A model generated the notes under the pieces. The model was not told the DNA's origin and ran no database searches. It worked only from the letters and a program-made list of their open reading frames with translations. DNA of 64,000 bases from Camelus dromedarius. Its lineage: Eukaryota. The stretch covers positions 22,694,001 through 22,758,000 of the forward strand of contig NC_087436.1 in the NCBI RefSeq assembly GCF_036321535.1. The letters are read 5' to 3'. Shown here in pieces: positions 37,301 to 51,150 of this stretch (positions are counted from its first letter, which is position 1; each line of letters begins with the position of its first letter). A program made the position numbers and the translations under genes.

Positions 37301-38650
37301 TTTCTATGATTAAATAACATGGCAATAGTACTTACTACCTGTGCCAAGCTCTTCAGTTCACCACAGAATATTCTGCTGAAAACCTGAACAAATATAGGTG
37401 TGCAGAAACTCCTAGGATCAGAGGGGTTGAGGACAGAGAATTAACGGCTGTGATCTGTACCTAAAAGTACTGTCTTCTCATTCTTACACAGGTTTGCTAG
37501 GCTGCTAGTGCCTCCCTTCCCAGAGTACATACTCATTCCATAATCTTGACATTCTCACTTCCAGGCAGAGGGAGCTGGAAACGTACACATCAGCTGAGCA
37601 CTGACTGCACATCCAAAGTACCCAAACAATTTCCTGTGATTCCCTGTTCCTGTAAATGTTCCTTAATGACCCAAATGACAACTGCTCTTCCATCTTCTTT
37701 AAGCTCTTCCTGCTCAAAGAGCCTACTCAGCTTCCATAAAATCAATGTCCCGAGCAGAGACTTTAGAGTACCAGAGTGTCTGAGAGCTGGCTAAGGGCAA
37801 GAACGTGTCTGTCTGGTAGCCATTGTTTCATTAGCATCCAGTAGATTTGGTGGCTCCAGGCACACTCGAGGGAAAGAGAAGTAAACATTTGGACTCTACA
37901 CACATACCTTCAAGTAAGACCAATTACCCTACTTATTCAAACAACTATATTATACTCCTCAGACAATCTTCAGAAATTCAGCAGTCTAGAAAGACATTCT
38001 GACATCAGTAATCCTGCAAAGTTTATGGTAAGAGTTTTTTTTTTTTAATCTCTTATTCTCCCTCCTTTGCTTTCTATATTCTGTTATCCATGTAATATTT
38101 GTTGAGTATTTACTACGTGTAAGAAAAGTTGTACTAGGTGCTGTGAGTGTCTAAACTTATTAAACTTCCTGAACAATCCAGTCAAGAGTCTCTCTTTTCT
38201 TGCAGCAAACATATTTAACTATCCCTAAGAATTAAGTCAATGATGTTTACAGTTTTAATATTTTCAGCCGCCAAATGCAAACTATTTCTAAGCTATGAAA
38301 TATTTTCTAGAGTAGAAGATAATTTTTCCCAATTATAAGAAATTTAAGAGATTTTAGGGGAGAGACTGTAAAGATATACTTTCTATCAAGGAAAGTTATG
38401 TTTTCCATTTTGGTTGATGTTATATCTTTTGGCCACATTCCTGGGCAGAATAAAAAAGGAATACGATAATAAGTTTCCAGGACATATTCCCCAAATAGTC
38501 TTACATAGACGTTCATCTGGTCCTAATTACAACCCTATCAAGTAGATGGGTGGTATTAATAGATTATTAGGGGTATGGAAACCATGAAGGAGACATTTTA
38601 AATGATTTCCTCACCATCAACAGAGAAGCAACAACACAGCTTCTTTGGAA

Positions 38651-38960
38651 GGCAGCCCAGTATGGTAGAATAAGAATGGATTTGAGATTAATAAAATCTG
38701 GGTTTGAAACTGTATGATTTGGGAAAATTACTTACTGTCTCTACACATCAGCTTTTTTCCTCCATAAAAAGAAAACATTAGGTTGAACCACTGGAAACTG
38801 TCAATATATAATCATTTTTTTACCTGCAAAAATGGCAATTTCATTTGGTTTAACCTCATAATAATGTTAACTTAAAACTTAACAGAGTGGTTCTAAGTAT
38901 TAAATGCTCTATTCTAGTCAAAGTGCCTGAATGGGTCCTGGGATAAGAAAGCGCTACCCA
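38651..38960 (+). mobile_element. MIR SINE split by MADE2
   Basis: ggcagcccagtatggtagaa..tgtatgatttgggaaaattactta..catcagcttttttcctccataaaa, resuming acagagtggttctaagtattaaatg..aaagtgcctg. Confidence 0.65.
38778..38858. mobile_element. Mariner MITE MADE2
   Basis: About 80-bp palindrome ttaggttgaacca..gaaactgtc / ggcaatttcatttggtttaacctca. Confidence 0.85.
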
Positions 38961-39154
38961 GGTGTGGGTTCTGTTTGCCTTTCCATTGTCAGGCCATCAG
39001 CATAATTCTCTCACTCACATACCAGCCACTCATCTAATCCCATGGCTCCTCCATCCCTTTTTAGATTTTAGACAATGTTATCTTAACGTATTTTACACTA
39101 CATTAGCTAAAATGTTAACACATTTTGAAATTTCAGAAAGTGAGATTAAAAACA

Positions 39155-40931
39155 AACTATAAAATGTTGACTAAGGAAATTAAAGATGACTTAAAGAAGT
39201 GGAAAGATATTCCATGTTCTTAGATTGGAAGAACTAATATTGTTAAATGGACATAGTACCCAAAGCAATCTACAGATTTACTGTAATCCCTATCAAATCA
39301 CCAAGGACATTTTTCACAGAATAGTCTTAAATTTTACATGGAATCACAAAAGATCCAGAATTGCCAAAGCAATACTGAAGAGAAAGAATGAAGCTGGAGG
39401 AATAACACTCTCAGACTTCAGACAATACTACAATGCTACTCAATCAAAACAGCATGGTACTGGTCCAAGAGCTGACATATGGATCAATGGAACAGAAAAG
39501 AGAGTCCAGAAATAAATCCACAGACTTTTGGTCAATTAATCTCTGACAAAGGAGGCAAGAATATACAATGGAGAAAAGACAGTCTCTTCAGCAAATGCTT
39601 TTGGGAAAACTGGACAGCTGCATGTAAACCAATGAAGTTAGAATACTCACTCACACCATACACAAAAATAAACTCGAAATGGCTTAAACATAAGACAAGA
39701 CACTATAAACCTCTTAGAAGAAAACATAGGCTAAACATTCTCTGACATAAATCTTAGCAATGTTTTCCCAGGGCAGTCTACCCAGGCAATAGAAATAAAA
39801 GCAAAAATTAACAAATGGGACCTAATTAAACTTATAAGCTTTTGCACAACAAAGGAAACCATAAGCGAAAGAAAAAGACAACTTATGGGATGGGAGAAAA
39901 TATTTGCAAAAGATGAGACTGACAAGGGCTTAATCTCCAGAATATATAAACAGTTCATAAAACTTAATAAAAAAAATACCCAATCCAAAAATGGACAGAA
40001 GATCTAAACAAGCAATCCTCCAAAGAAGACATACAAATGGCCATTAGGCATATGAAAAAATGCTCAATATTGCTAATTTTGAGAGAAATGCAAATCAAAA
40101 CTGCAATGAGGTATCACCTCACACCAGTCAGGAAGGCCATCATTAAAAAGACCACAAACCATAAATGCTGGAGAGGGTGTAGAGAAAAGGGAACCCTCCT
40201 ACACTGTTCATGGGAATTTAGTTTGGTGTAGCCATTATGGAAAACAGTATGGAGATTCCTCAAAAGACTAAAAATAGACTTACCATATGATCCAGCAATC
40301 CCATTCCTGGGCATATATTCAGAGGGAACTTTAATTTGAAAAGATACATAAACCCCAATGTTCACAGAAGCACTATTTACAATTGCTAAGACATGGAAAC
40401 AACCTAAATGTCTATCCACAGATGATTGGATAAAGAAGCTGTGGTATATTTATACAATGGAATACTACTCAGTCATAAAAAAGAATAAAATAATGCCATC
40501 TGCAGCAACATGAATGGACCTGGAGATTGTCATTCTAAGTGAAGTAATCCAGAAAAAGAAAGAAAAATACCATATGGTATCACTTATATGTGGAATCTTT
40601 TTAAAAAGGCAAACGAACTTATTTACAAAACAGAAACAGACTTATAGACATAGAAAACAAATTTATGGTTACCAGTGGGAAAAGGGGGTAGGAAGGGATA
40701 AATTGGGAGTTTGAGATTTACAGATACTAACTACAGTATATAAAATAAACAACAAGTTTACACTGTATAGCATAGGGAACTATATTCAATATCTTATAAT
40801 AACCTATAATGAAAAAGAATATGAAAATAAATATATGTATGCTCATGTATGACTGAAGCATTATGCTGTACATCAGAAATTGACATAACATTGTAAACTG
40901 ACTATACTTCAATTGAAAAAAAAAAAAAAAA
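39155..40931 (+). mobile_element. 5'-truncated L1 (about 1.8 kb): disrupted ORF2 C-terminal part, 3' UTR and poly(A)
   Basis: Frameshifted ORF2 pieces [26 protein letters not shown] and [35 protein letters not shown] (Cys-rich domain); A16 at 40916-40931. Confidence 0.97.
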
Positions 40932-40933
40932 CA

Positions 40934-41070
40934 GGGTTGGGGTTATAGCTCAGTGGTAGAGTACATGCTTAGTGTGCACAAGGTCCTGGGTTCAGTCTCC
41001 AGTGCCTCCATTAAGGAGAAAAAATAAAATAAAAAATAAATTTTTAAAACCAACCAAATCAAAAAAAATC
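40934..41070 (+). mobile_element. tRNA-Ala-derived SINE (Vic-1-type) directly after L1 poly(A)
   Basis: ggggttatagctcagtggtagagtacatgcttagtgtgcacaaggtcctgggttcagtctccagtgcctcca plus A-rich tail. Confidence 0.92.
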
Positions 41071-43748
41071 AAACAGCACTGCAGTCACCAAGATTTTCCC
41101 ATTGAATTCAGTAGCACAAAGGTTTTCCTTTCCACATCCAAGCAGATGTTTTGTTCTCCATCTATCTAAGCAGGGCCACACATCTGTCTGGAATTTATAT
41201 GTTCACAATCCTGTCAACAGTGGCATATAAACCAAGAGACTCTAGGTTTGCTTTGGATTATAATTTAATATCATTATAGATTGGTAGCCAAACATTTGTT
41301 TGAGGCATTCGATAAGGACTAGGCAATACTGATACGGTCTCTGGGTCATTCAATAAACTGACAATTTTAGAAAAGCAGCAAAGACGGTGGGGAAGAAGAC
41401 AATATAAGGAAGAAGGAGTGAAACCGGTTGATGAAGACTTGGACAAACCCAACACTCCTACTTTCTCACTTCTTACACCCTTAGCGTCTTAAGAGAGAGA
41501 ATCACTAAATGATCCAAAGAGAGAGGGACTCTGGAACCAGGAATGTTCTTCTCTGTCTGTGTGACAGGAACACATTTTTCATCTGTGAGTTCATTTTCCA
41601 GAGGGTATTTAGATCCATGAGGAATAAAATGGATGATTGAGCGAAATCAACCAAGTCAGTCCTGGTGAACAATAGGGCGACATGCTCCAGCCACTCATAT
41701 CCACAAGACCGATTAGGAATCCTGGGCATTGGAAAATATCAGTGTTTTTTAAGGAATGTTCAAGAATTTCCACAGTAGCTCATCTAAAGCAAAGACCTCA
41801 TTTTTACTCAAATTCTTTTCACTCTTCTTTTTAAATTTTTATCTCCTTTCTCAATGACCATTCATTCCTAATAACTTTCTACAGTGCCATAGTCTGAGAG
41901 CCAATTAATCGTTGAATAACTTTTTATCGAGTGTTTAACATGTACTCAGCACTATTCCAGAGACCAGATAGATGAACATTAAAGAAAGCTTTCCTAATGC
42001 TTCCTGAAGTCTGTTTTTTTTTTTTTCTTTCATGATTAGAACAAGGAGCTCAATGTTTTAAAAGCTTGCAAAGTCCTCTAACAACACTGGCATGATAATC
42101 TGTTACTAAATCAAAGCTTGAGGAACATATAGTCAGGGTGTGATCATCTTTCCCTCAGTGGAAGCTTCACACTGTATCATACTGGAAGAGGAAATGGTGT
42201 GATTTTGAAGGAAATCCATGCTCAACTCAAGATCTGTTCCTGATGCTCAGTATATCTGATTCTCAAGGCTGAGTTGGAGCTCTTCTTGCTTACTCCTAAT
42301 GTTCACACAGCCAAGGGATGTCATCTTATCACATAAAAGTAGCAAGCAGAGCTGTCTTTGGAGACTGCATGAAGCCAATTAATTAGGAAAGGCTCATCTA
42401 CAGGGAGCCACAGTTTCAAGCCTGCCTCTAAACTCTTAGCTGCTCAGGATCCAGAAGAGTAAGACTCAAAGTGTGTATCTTTTGAATTGCACTAGTCTGA
42501 ATTGACTCTATACCCTTACATGTTCTATACTCTGTAGCTGTTCATTTAAGCAGCAGGGATCAGAAGACATACTGAGAGTAAAACCACCCAATTACTTAAA
42601 AAGAGGTAGTGGCAAGACCTCACCCTTGAAGAAATCATTGGTTAACACTGGATTTGTTTTCCAGTGTACAGTTCCCATCCAGACAAGGACAGCAGGGCCC
42701 TGAGGTTTGACAAACCATTTATTCAGGCTCATTGATATTGACTTGTAGTCAGTCAACAAGACTGGAGAGTCCACATGTTCCCCCTTCTTTCAATAGAATA
42801 TGCTGTTTCCTTGGAAACTGAGAGTGTTTGGTTGGACTTTCACTTTCCTTTCTATTTATAAAGTGCAAACAAGGAGGGAATCCCACCACCTGAAACTTGG
42901 TTAGGAAACAGGTTTCTCTGCCTCAAGTTGCTGAAATAACCCATTTGGTGCCTGAACATCACCCTGGGCTTTATTAGGTTTATATTGTATCTTTAGGGCC
43001 AAGTCTCAGGCATATAATAAAAGGTAATTGAAATAGAGAATGTAGTTTTTCCTGCCGACATTGTTACTTCTTCATCAGGAGACTTCTGAAATTCAGTGAC
43101 TAAGAAGTTCTTTCTCTTAACTAGCCAACAATACACTTTATTTTTCAAACCTAATCAACTTATTTATGTAAATGAGACAACTGAGTTAATACTTTATCCC
43201 CGACAAGATAGAGGTTTTCTCGGCAGTTCTGGAGCTTTGAAAAGAACTCTAAGCTCAAGCAAGGAGATGTAGGATTCAAGCTCCTTTTCTCCATGGGCAC
43301 AGGCGATTAGGGGAGATCAGGGTGGGAGGATGGTGGCAAAGGTGCCAGGCGTGAATGTCTCCTTTTAGGAGATAAAATGGCAAAGGCTGGTGTCCCCACT
43401 CTCCCCACCACTGTGGTCTCTCCCACTTCATTACCCTACCTCCTCCCAAGTCAGGTCCACAGAAGGGCTGAAGACAGGCTTTCTCTCCCAGAAGAAAGAC
43501 AGATCATGTTCTTGACCTGGGGCTGTGAGTGGAGAGAAGTTGCTTGAGCCAGAGGTACTTGGAAAGGCATTATTCAAACCACTGTTCAACCATCTCAGCT
43601 TCTGTGTGTATTTGCTACAGAGCAGCTCCCACACTGTAGTCCTCTCCTGTGTCAGGATCTAACCTTTCACTTTTACTTTAAGAAACAAACAGGCTCATTG
43701 TGAAACTGAAAGCCCTTTTTATCCCCTTAAGATAAGACAACAATGAAC

Positions 43749-44176
43749 TTTTTAAAAAAATTTTTGAAGTATAGTTAATTTGCAATGTTGTATTAAGTTT
43801 CTGGTGTACAGCACTGTGATTCAGTTTTATATATATATATACATACATGTATTCTTTTTCATATTCTTTCTCATTACAGGTTACTACAAACCATTGGCTA
43901 TAGTACCCTGTGCTATACAGTAGGGCCTTGTTGTTTACCTCTTCCGTACATAGTAGTTTGTATCTGCCAATCCCAAACTCCCAATTTATCCCTCCCCACC
44001 CTACTTCCTCCCTGGTAACCATAAGTTTGTTTTCTATGTCTGTGAGTCTCTGTCAGTTTTGTAAATAAGTTCATTTGTATCATTTTGTTTAGGTTCCACA
44101 TATAAGTGATATCATATGGTATTTGTCTTTCTCTGTCTGACTTACTTCACTTAGTATGATCATCTCTAGGTCCATC
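43749..44176 (-). mobile_element. 5'-truncated L1 3' end (cetartiodactyl/camelid-type)
   Basis: Antisense 3' UTR ttgaagtatagtt..cccaaactcccaatttatccc..ggtaaccataagtttgttttc..cacttagtatgatcatctctaggtccatc. Confidence 0.95.
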
Positions 44177-44404
44177 TGTGAAGCCCTTTATTTTATAGTA
44201 CCTCTCTTGATCCTTCCATTCTTGATCCCCAATTATAGCCCAGATTTGGAGAAGCCCCAGAATCAAGCCTTGGAGTTACACTGAGTAGTTAGTTATATAG
44301 AGAGGACAAGCCATGGTTTTCAATCTTCCTTCATTTAAAAATACCAAAACTTTTAAACTTCTTACTCCTGAAGTGTTCACTAACTGCTGCAGTCCCTACC
44401 ATAC

Positions 44405-44830
44405 TAAGTCAGATAATGTCCCCTCCTAAACTCATGTCTACCCAGAACCTCAGAATGTGACCTTATTTGGAAACAGGGTTTTTGCAGATGCAATTAGTTA
44501 AGTAAAGATGAGGTTATACTGGGTTAGGGTTGACTAATAAGGACCTTACAAGAGGAGAGGACACACAGAGACACAGACACACAGAGAAGACCATGTTAAG
44601 ACAGGGATTGAGTGATGTAGCTGCAAGCCAAGGAGAGTCACGATTGCCAGCAACCATCAGAAGCTAAGAAGAGGCAAGGCCAGATTCTTCCCTAGAGTCT
44701 TCAGAGACAGCATGGCCTCCCTGACACCTTGATTTTGAACTTCTCATCTCCAGAATTGTGAGAATAAATTTCTGTTGTTTCAAGCTACTTGGTTGGTGGC
44801 AATGTGTTACACCAGCCCTAAGAAACAAAT
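44405..44830 (+). mobile_element. MaLR LTR (MLT1B/C-like)
   Basis: gaacctcagaatgtgaccttatttggaaacagggtttttgcagatg...gaattgtgagaataaatttctgttgtttcaagc...cagccctaagaaac. Confidence 0.9.
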
Positions 44831-45170
44831 TAGAAAAAAAGAAAGGGAAAAAAAGGACAAAAACTTATTTACAAAACAGAGACAGACTCACAGATATAGA
44901 AAACAAACTTATGGTTACCAGGGAGGAAAGGAGGTGGGTGGAGGGATAAATTGGGAGTTCAGGATTTGTAGATACACACTACTATATATAAAATAGATAA
45001 ATAGCGAAGTCCTACTGTATAGCACAGGGAATTATATTCAATACCTTGTAACGGCCTATAATGAAAAAGAATATGAAAAGGAATATACATATGTATAAGT
45101 GAATCACTATACTGTACACCAGAAACTAACACAACACTGTAAATCAACTATACTTCAATTTAAAAAAAAA
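44831..45170 (+). mobile_element. L1 3' UTR fragment inserted at the MLT1 terminus
   Basis: aacttatttacaaaacaga..gaaaacaaacttatggttacc..tatacttcaatttaaaaaaaaa; imperfect TSD aagaaacaaat / aagaaatgaat. Confidence 0.93.
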
Positions 45171-46007
45171 GAAATGAATAAGTACATCTCATGACAATAT
45201 TTGCTAGACACCCCCAGCCAGGTTCCTGGTTTTTTCACTACAGCTTAAAAAAAATAGAGTTCTGAAATTGAAAGAATTCAGAAAGAGAAACTGAATCCTC
45301 TATCAAATTACTTTTCAATATATTTTGGGGTCAAAGATGAAAGAATAAATTTAAGAGAAATCATACATGCTGCCTGGAGAATCCTATCTCCTGAGAAACC
45401 TTAACATTGATTACTCACAATTCCACTTCCTCTGATGCATGCGATAGGTGTCATGTGGTTAGAGTAGCCATCATGAAGACTGGAATAGTGATGAGGTTTA
45501 AACTAGCCACAAAAGCAAATTTTATGAGAACTTTTCAAAGAAGTTAAACACATACAAGCAACTTCTGCAGAAAGATGCCAGAGAAGCATAGACTCATATA
45601 GCACTGTTCCTCCAAAAATTAAAAATAACTGTGCAATGTAGGTGACAGTTTTGGGGAAATCACCCAATACAGAGAAAGCAGTGATGGGAAAGTAATTAAA
45701 ACAAAAACACAAGCAGGAAGGCAAGCAAGCACTGGCAATTCAATAAACAGCTAAACAGTGACCCTTAAACACGAAATAGAGTAACTGAAGTAGAAAGATC
45801 TTAAAAGATATTACAGTACAAAACTTTCCCCATCTGAAGATATTTGTGAGTCAAAAGGATGCAATATGTTATAAGAAATATTAATATAAAGCCACATAAC
45901 TAATATGTATATCCCGAGAAAGCTTTTATTTTAAAATTTAAAAGTTTTCTCTGAATATTCATGAGGGAAAAGAAAACAAACAACAAACAAATAAAAAGTC
46001 ACCTAAA

Positions 46008-46578
46008 AGCAGCCTGAATATTTTTGTTAAATCATTAAGTCGGACCTTGTCACTTTGATTCAATCTACCTAGTGTTTTTATATCTTAATCTGATATAAAT
46101 CAAATTCTTCAAATGATCTGACCTAACTTGATCTTAACCTCAGTTAGTGTTCTGATCTCACTTCCTCTGCTCCAGTTAAACAGGCCTCTTTGCTATCCCC
46201 CAAATATGCCAAACATGCTCACCTCAGGACCTTTGCACTTACTGTGCTATTCACCTACCCTGTTCTTGACCCAAATACCTGCAACTCTTGTTCACTCACT
46301 TTCTCATAGGCTCTTTTCCTGACTAACCCCACTTAAAGATAACCCTCACTCTGGCACTCCATACCCTGCCTTTTCTCATTTTACTTATATTTATTTATTT
46401 ATCTATATGATGTAGGGGACTTATGTATTCATTCTGTTTATTGTCTGTCCTTCCACTAGGATTTAAGCTGCAAGAAAACAGATACTTGTGTGTATGTTTT
46501 TAATTTCTACATTCTCAGTACCTAGAATAGTGCCTGTCGCATGGTGGAAGTTCAGTGAACATGAGCTAAATGAATGAA
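46008..46578 (+). mobile_element. L2 LINE 3' fragment (L2a-like)
   Basis: cacctcaggacctttgcacttactg..cagtacctagaatagtgcctg..tgaatgaa terminus. Confidence 0.85.
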
Positions 46579-47729
46579 GGAGGAAAACGTATCATCTGTC
46601 TCAAGGCTCTCTACAGGAGTATCCAATTAGAGAAAACAGTAAATAAATAAGGGGAAATATGCGACCCAATAATCTATCCTCAGCTTATTTATGTATCATA
46701 GTAACAAAAAGGGATTGTTAGATGTGAATGATCTCGGAAAATATATCACCCATGACTATGTTTTGCAAACCTATCTAATAAAATTTCATCCAACTAAGAT
46801 ACAGTTCAAAACTACATGCTTAAGAATGTGAAAGCTGCTTTATGAAAAGACTAACAGTACACACTAATTCTGTTTTAATTATGGTTAAGGCAAAAGGAAC
46901 TACTCAAATTGCTTTCATTAAAGTTATTAAAAAAAAAAAAAGAATGTGAATGTAAGTGTTTTTTAAGCTATACACTAGAAAAGACGGTAGTAAGTGGAAG
47001 TCTCATGAAAGATATGGCAAGGAGAGCAGGATAACAGAGGCAGCATAACTGCCAACAGCCCTTCCCTGAGGTCAAGGACATATGGCCCAGGTCTTTTCTT
47101 CTTTGCTGCAGCACCTCGCACAAAGGTCTGCACCTCCTAGCTCCTCTTAGTCCCTCTGTAAGCACTGCTGCTAATAGACTCAGCCAGACCCTGCTGTATC
47201 ACAAGATCACATCAGAAGAGGAGGAGCAACTCTCCTCTTAGCTTCCCTGCCAAGCTCTTAGAGGAGTTTGGGGCCAGGTGCTGCTACAGAAAGATCAAAG
47301 AAGAGAGAGTGCACTTAATCAGTTTCTGATCTTTATCTTCTAAGTATGTGTAGTATATGATAACTAGTAGTGATTTATCCTAACACATCTTCATCTGAAT
47401 TCCAGAGCATTTTCTAAGCAATGCTTTATCAATCCCCCAAGCGGCTTTTAACACGAATAGGAAAATGAACATGTTTTCTATGACTCATAAACAATATGGA
47501 TGCACTTAATAAACCCAGTTTTATAGAGATTGTGATAGTGATTCCTCAGCCCTAGCAAAGTCAGAGAAATGAGTTCACATTGGGGCAAGCACTCACAGAG
47601 TAGCAAGTTGTATGCAAATACAAGAATGTCAATGAATCTAATACCTGGTGACTCACACACATTGAATATATACTGAGTAATTTATGGCTCCATAGAAAAC
47701 TCCTTCCTTATGTTTAAGAAGTCTTTCTT

Positions 47730-48740
47730 ATTTTTTAAAGGACAAAAGCACTGCATATAATGATAAATTTAAGACACATGCAAGTATATAAAAGAAAATA
47801 TGAAAGTCACTCATTATTACCCTCTTCATGGCTCCTTGGCATAATAACTCATTGATTTGGGTACACTTGCAGGCATTTTTTCCTACATATATAAATAAGT
47901 ATATTTATAAAACATGAAGGTCTAAATATTATTTTGCAACTCATTTTCTCACTGAGCAATACATGTCGTGGTATTATAAAATATATAAATCTAAGCCATG
48001 CTTTTTAATTGTCACATACTTACTTTTCAGCCTAAAAGATATTTACTCCCCTGACAATTGATGACATTTTATGTATATAGTTTCTAATCACTTTCATACT
48101 GTGGGCAATTCTACAATATTCTTGTGAACAGACATGCTACAATAAATATTCCTAGAGCATTGCTTGCAATAAGAAAAGAATTGTTACAGTTCTTCTTGGA
48201 GAAGGTATGTGTCTTTCATATAAATTCCTAAAGGAAAAATTGCTTTCAAAGGCTCTTCCATGTATCAGTTAACTATCTTTTTATAGCAGTTGACGACCAT
48301 CATTTATTATCATTCATAAGATGGCATATTGGTTTAGTGCTTCTTCTCGGCTAGATTGAGTCATATATCTGCAGTCAGCTGTGGTTCGGCTAGGCAGTTC
48401 TGTGGATCTTGGTGGGGTTCTCCCACACGTCTGCTCATTGACTAGCTGTTGGCTGGTCTAGATAACCTCAGCATTTCTCCTAGAAGCCTAGCCTGGTCAA
48501 TGGGAGGAAGTGGAAACATACAAGCATGTCTTCAAGTCTTGTGTCAAGTTTGCTACTATCCCATTGGCCAAGCAAGCCACATGGCTGAGTCCAAAGCATG
48601 TATGGGAGATCATTAGCAAAGGTATGAAAACCTAGGATCATCTTTGCAATCAATTTCCATACAAATTTAAAAAATTGTGTATATTGCCAAATTGCCCTTC
48701 CACAGGATTTCACTAATTTTCACCACTAAAGATAGTTTAT
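47730..48740 (-). mobile_element. Ancient L1 (L1ME-type) 3' fragment interrupted by MLT1
   Basis: tattattttgcaactcattttctcactgagcaat; taaattcctaaaggaaaaattgct [LTR] tattgccaaattgcccttcca. Confidence 0.6.
48261..48663 (-). mobile_element. MaLR LTR (MLT1F/G/H-like)
   Basis: Ends tgtatcagttaactat ... ttgcaatcaatttccataca; internal ccattggccaagcaagccacatggctgagtcc. Confidence 0.8.
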
Positions 48741-50489
48741 AAGATGATTTTGGCAACAAAATTGTCTCTCACTGTGAAAGATTAGGAACGTAGCACAATT
48801 TTATTCCATGCCCTTTGTCCCTTCCTTTTGATTTCTGCCACTATGTTCTAGGACTACTGACCAGGTTCATTATGGTTGTTGTTTTTTTTAACTTTCGGTA
48901 AATGTAAATTCTGACCAGGGAGCAAAGACAGAGAGGGGAACTGTCTGCACGCTGATGGGGCATGCGTCATTTCAGAGCTCCATGCTGCTGGCTGAGCTCT
49001 GAACAAGGAAACAGAAAAGGGGAGGGGAACTAGCCTGTCCAAGTACAGTCTAGTCTACAGGACAAAATGCTGCAAATCCCACGGCTCTCTATGATTGACC
49101 GAGCACGTGTGACAACTCAGATACCACAGTTTTTGGCTTGGTATCCAGAACAAATCTGAACTTTTAATTAAAAACTGTTTCTCTTCTTGTCCCCAGATTT
49201 CTAGTTACACCATCAAACTATCAACTGGAAAGTTGTTCCCTACATTAGAATTTTGAGATTCATCAGGCATGTTATTTCTCAAGTCACTTACTTCTTGGAG
49301 CCTCAGCTTCCTTGTTTGAAATACAAATTGTAGAATCACAGTGTTAGAAGCAACCTTAAGGAACAACTCATTCTATAGTCTTTCCAGAGGTTTTCCACAT
49401 GATCGCAAATGTTTCTCTAAACTGTTGATGTCTGGAGCTCTATTATTATTGAAGGAACAGAGAGAAGGACACAGAAAATTGAAGTGAGTGAATTCACTCC
49501 CCACCTCAATGCCCGGCACTGATACCACATCCCTTAGGGGCCACTTTGAGCATCAAGCTGTCCTCAGAGCTCAGGAAAGTGCTTCAAGATCAGCAGCATG
49601 TGTCTTTCCCTCCGCCAAAGTTGTGACATGAGAGAAGAGAACAGTTCCAGGCGAGGACTGGCCAACACCAGCTGCGGCCACACTGGTCCACACACAAGCT
49701 GCCACTGTCTGACCTTCCTTTCTCCATCTTGCTTTAAGCCCCTCTCTAGCTTTCCACATCCTGCTGCTTTCATATCAGTGGCAGAAAAAAAAAAAATCAA
49801 CCATGATCATCCTTCAAATACCTTTATCAGGCTATGGATTGAATTCACCAAGGCAAGGGCCTAAGGAATTATCATTCAATTAAGGGACAGAGCCTAATAA
49901 AAAGCAGTAAGCAGATTAGGATGATTGATGAGAGTGAACTAAAATCGCACGAAAAAAAGGAGAAAAACACCTTTAGATAAAAAAAAACAAAAATAAAATT
50001 AGGCCTGGCCTACGCACCATTTTCTCCCATCACTTCTGTAAAATAATCTCATCTGACAAGTGTTCAAAATTCCTTGTAATTAAGAACTTCCACTGCTGAT
50101 CAGAATGCCAAGTAATGTGAAAGACCATCAACCCCAGAGTTAACATACACATAGACACATTTGCCAACATGCATCAAATTATACACCTGGCATGTGCATT
50201 TTCCTATATGAAAAGTAGATTACAACTAAAAAACAGCAGGCATAAAAAAACAATTTTCTTTAATGTCATCTTATATAAAGTTTCAGTTTAAAGAGCAGAT
50301 TATCCAGTGAAAGGAACTGTAATGTTCTTCTCCAGGGCCAGGTAATCAGTCTCCTCAAACAGACATAATCTTTAGATAATGCTAGTGTAAATCTCAATTT
50401 AAAGTCATTTTATAAGGCTTCCTTAGACACACCCATCACCACTTCAGAATAGAAGTAAAACCTTTCAATATTTATTTCTTGTAATATAA

Positions 50490-51150
50490 TCCAGACTCTC
50501 TGCATCTGGGCTTCAATATGGCACAGACCCCACCAACACTGCTTACTCTCTCTGTGATGGTGGGCAATTTAGCTGTCTTGTCTGTGCCTCAGTTTCCTCA
50601 TCTTCAAAATGGGTACTGCTATGGATTGAATTACATCCACCAAATAGAGGCTGAAGTCCCAACCTCCAGTACCTGTGAATGTGACCTTATTTAGAAATAA
50701 GGTCTTTGGAGATAATCAGATAAGATAAGGCGGGCTCTAATCCAATATGATGAGTGTGCTTGTAAAGGTGGGAAATTGGGGCACACATACAGAGGGAAGA
50801 CAGTGTGACGTAGGAAGGAGGCTGCCTACAAGTCAAAGAAAGTCTAAGGCTACCAAGACGCCACTGGGGAGGCCCAGAACAAGTTCTCTTTCATAGCTCT
50901 CAGAAGGACCAAGCCTGCTCACAGCTTGACTCTGGACTGCTGCTGCCGTACTGTGAGGGAATACATTTCTGTTGTTTAAGACACCTGGCTGGTGGTACTC
51001 TGTTGTCCTGGCGGTGGGAAAGTAATACAGAGATCAATAACAGCATCTTCCTCGTGTAACTGTTATGAGGATCAAATGAGTTAATAAGACATGTAAACAC
51101 TTAGAACACTGCCTAGAGTGTGGTAAGTGGTCAATAAGTACTAGGATTAA
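50490..51150 (+). mobile_element. MIR SINE split by MLT1
   Basis: tctgtgcctcagtttcctcatcttcaaaatggg [LTR] gttatgaggatcaaatgagttaat..catgtaaacacttagaacactgcct. Confidence 0.88.
50617..51029 (+). mobile_element. MaLR solo LTR (MLT1B/C-like), full length
   Basis: tgctatggattgaatt..ccagtacctgtgaatgtgaccttatttagaaataaggtcttt..atttctgttgtttaag..aagtaataca. Confidence 0.9.

Noticed and set aside
39225..40419. Protein-coding ORFs in the ORF track
   Set aside because: Frameshifted L1 ORF2 pieces or their antisense; no endonuclease or RT core, so not an active element or gene.
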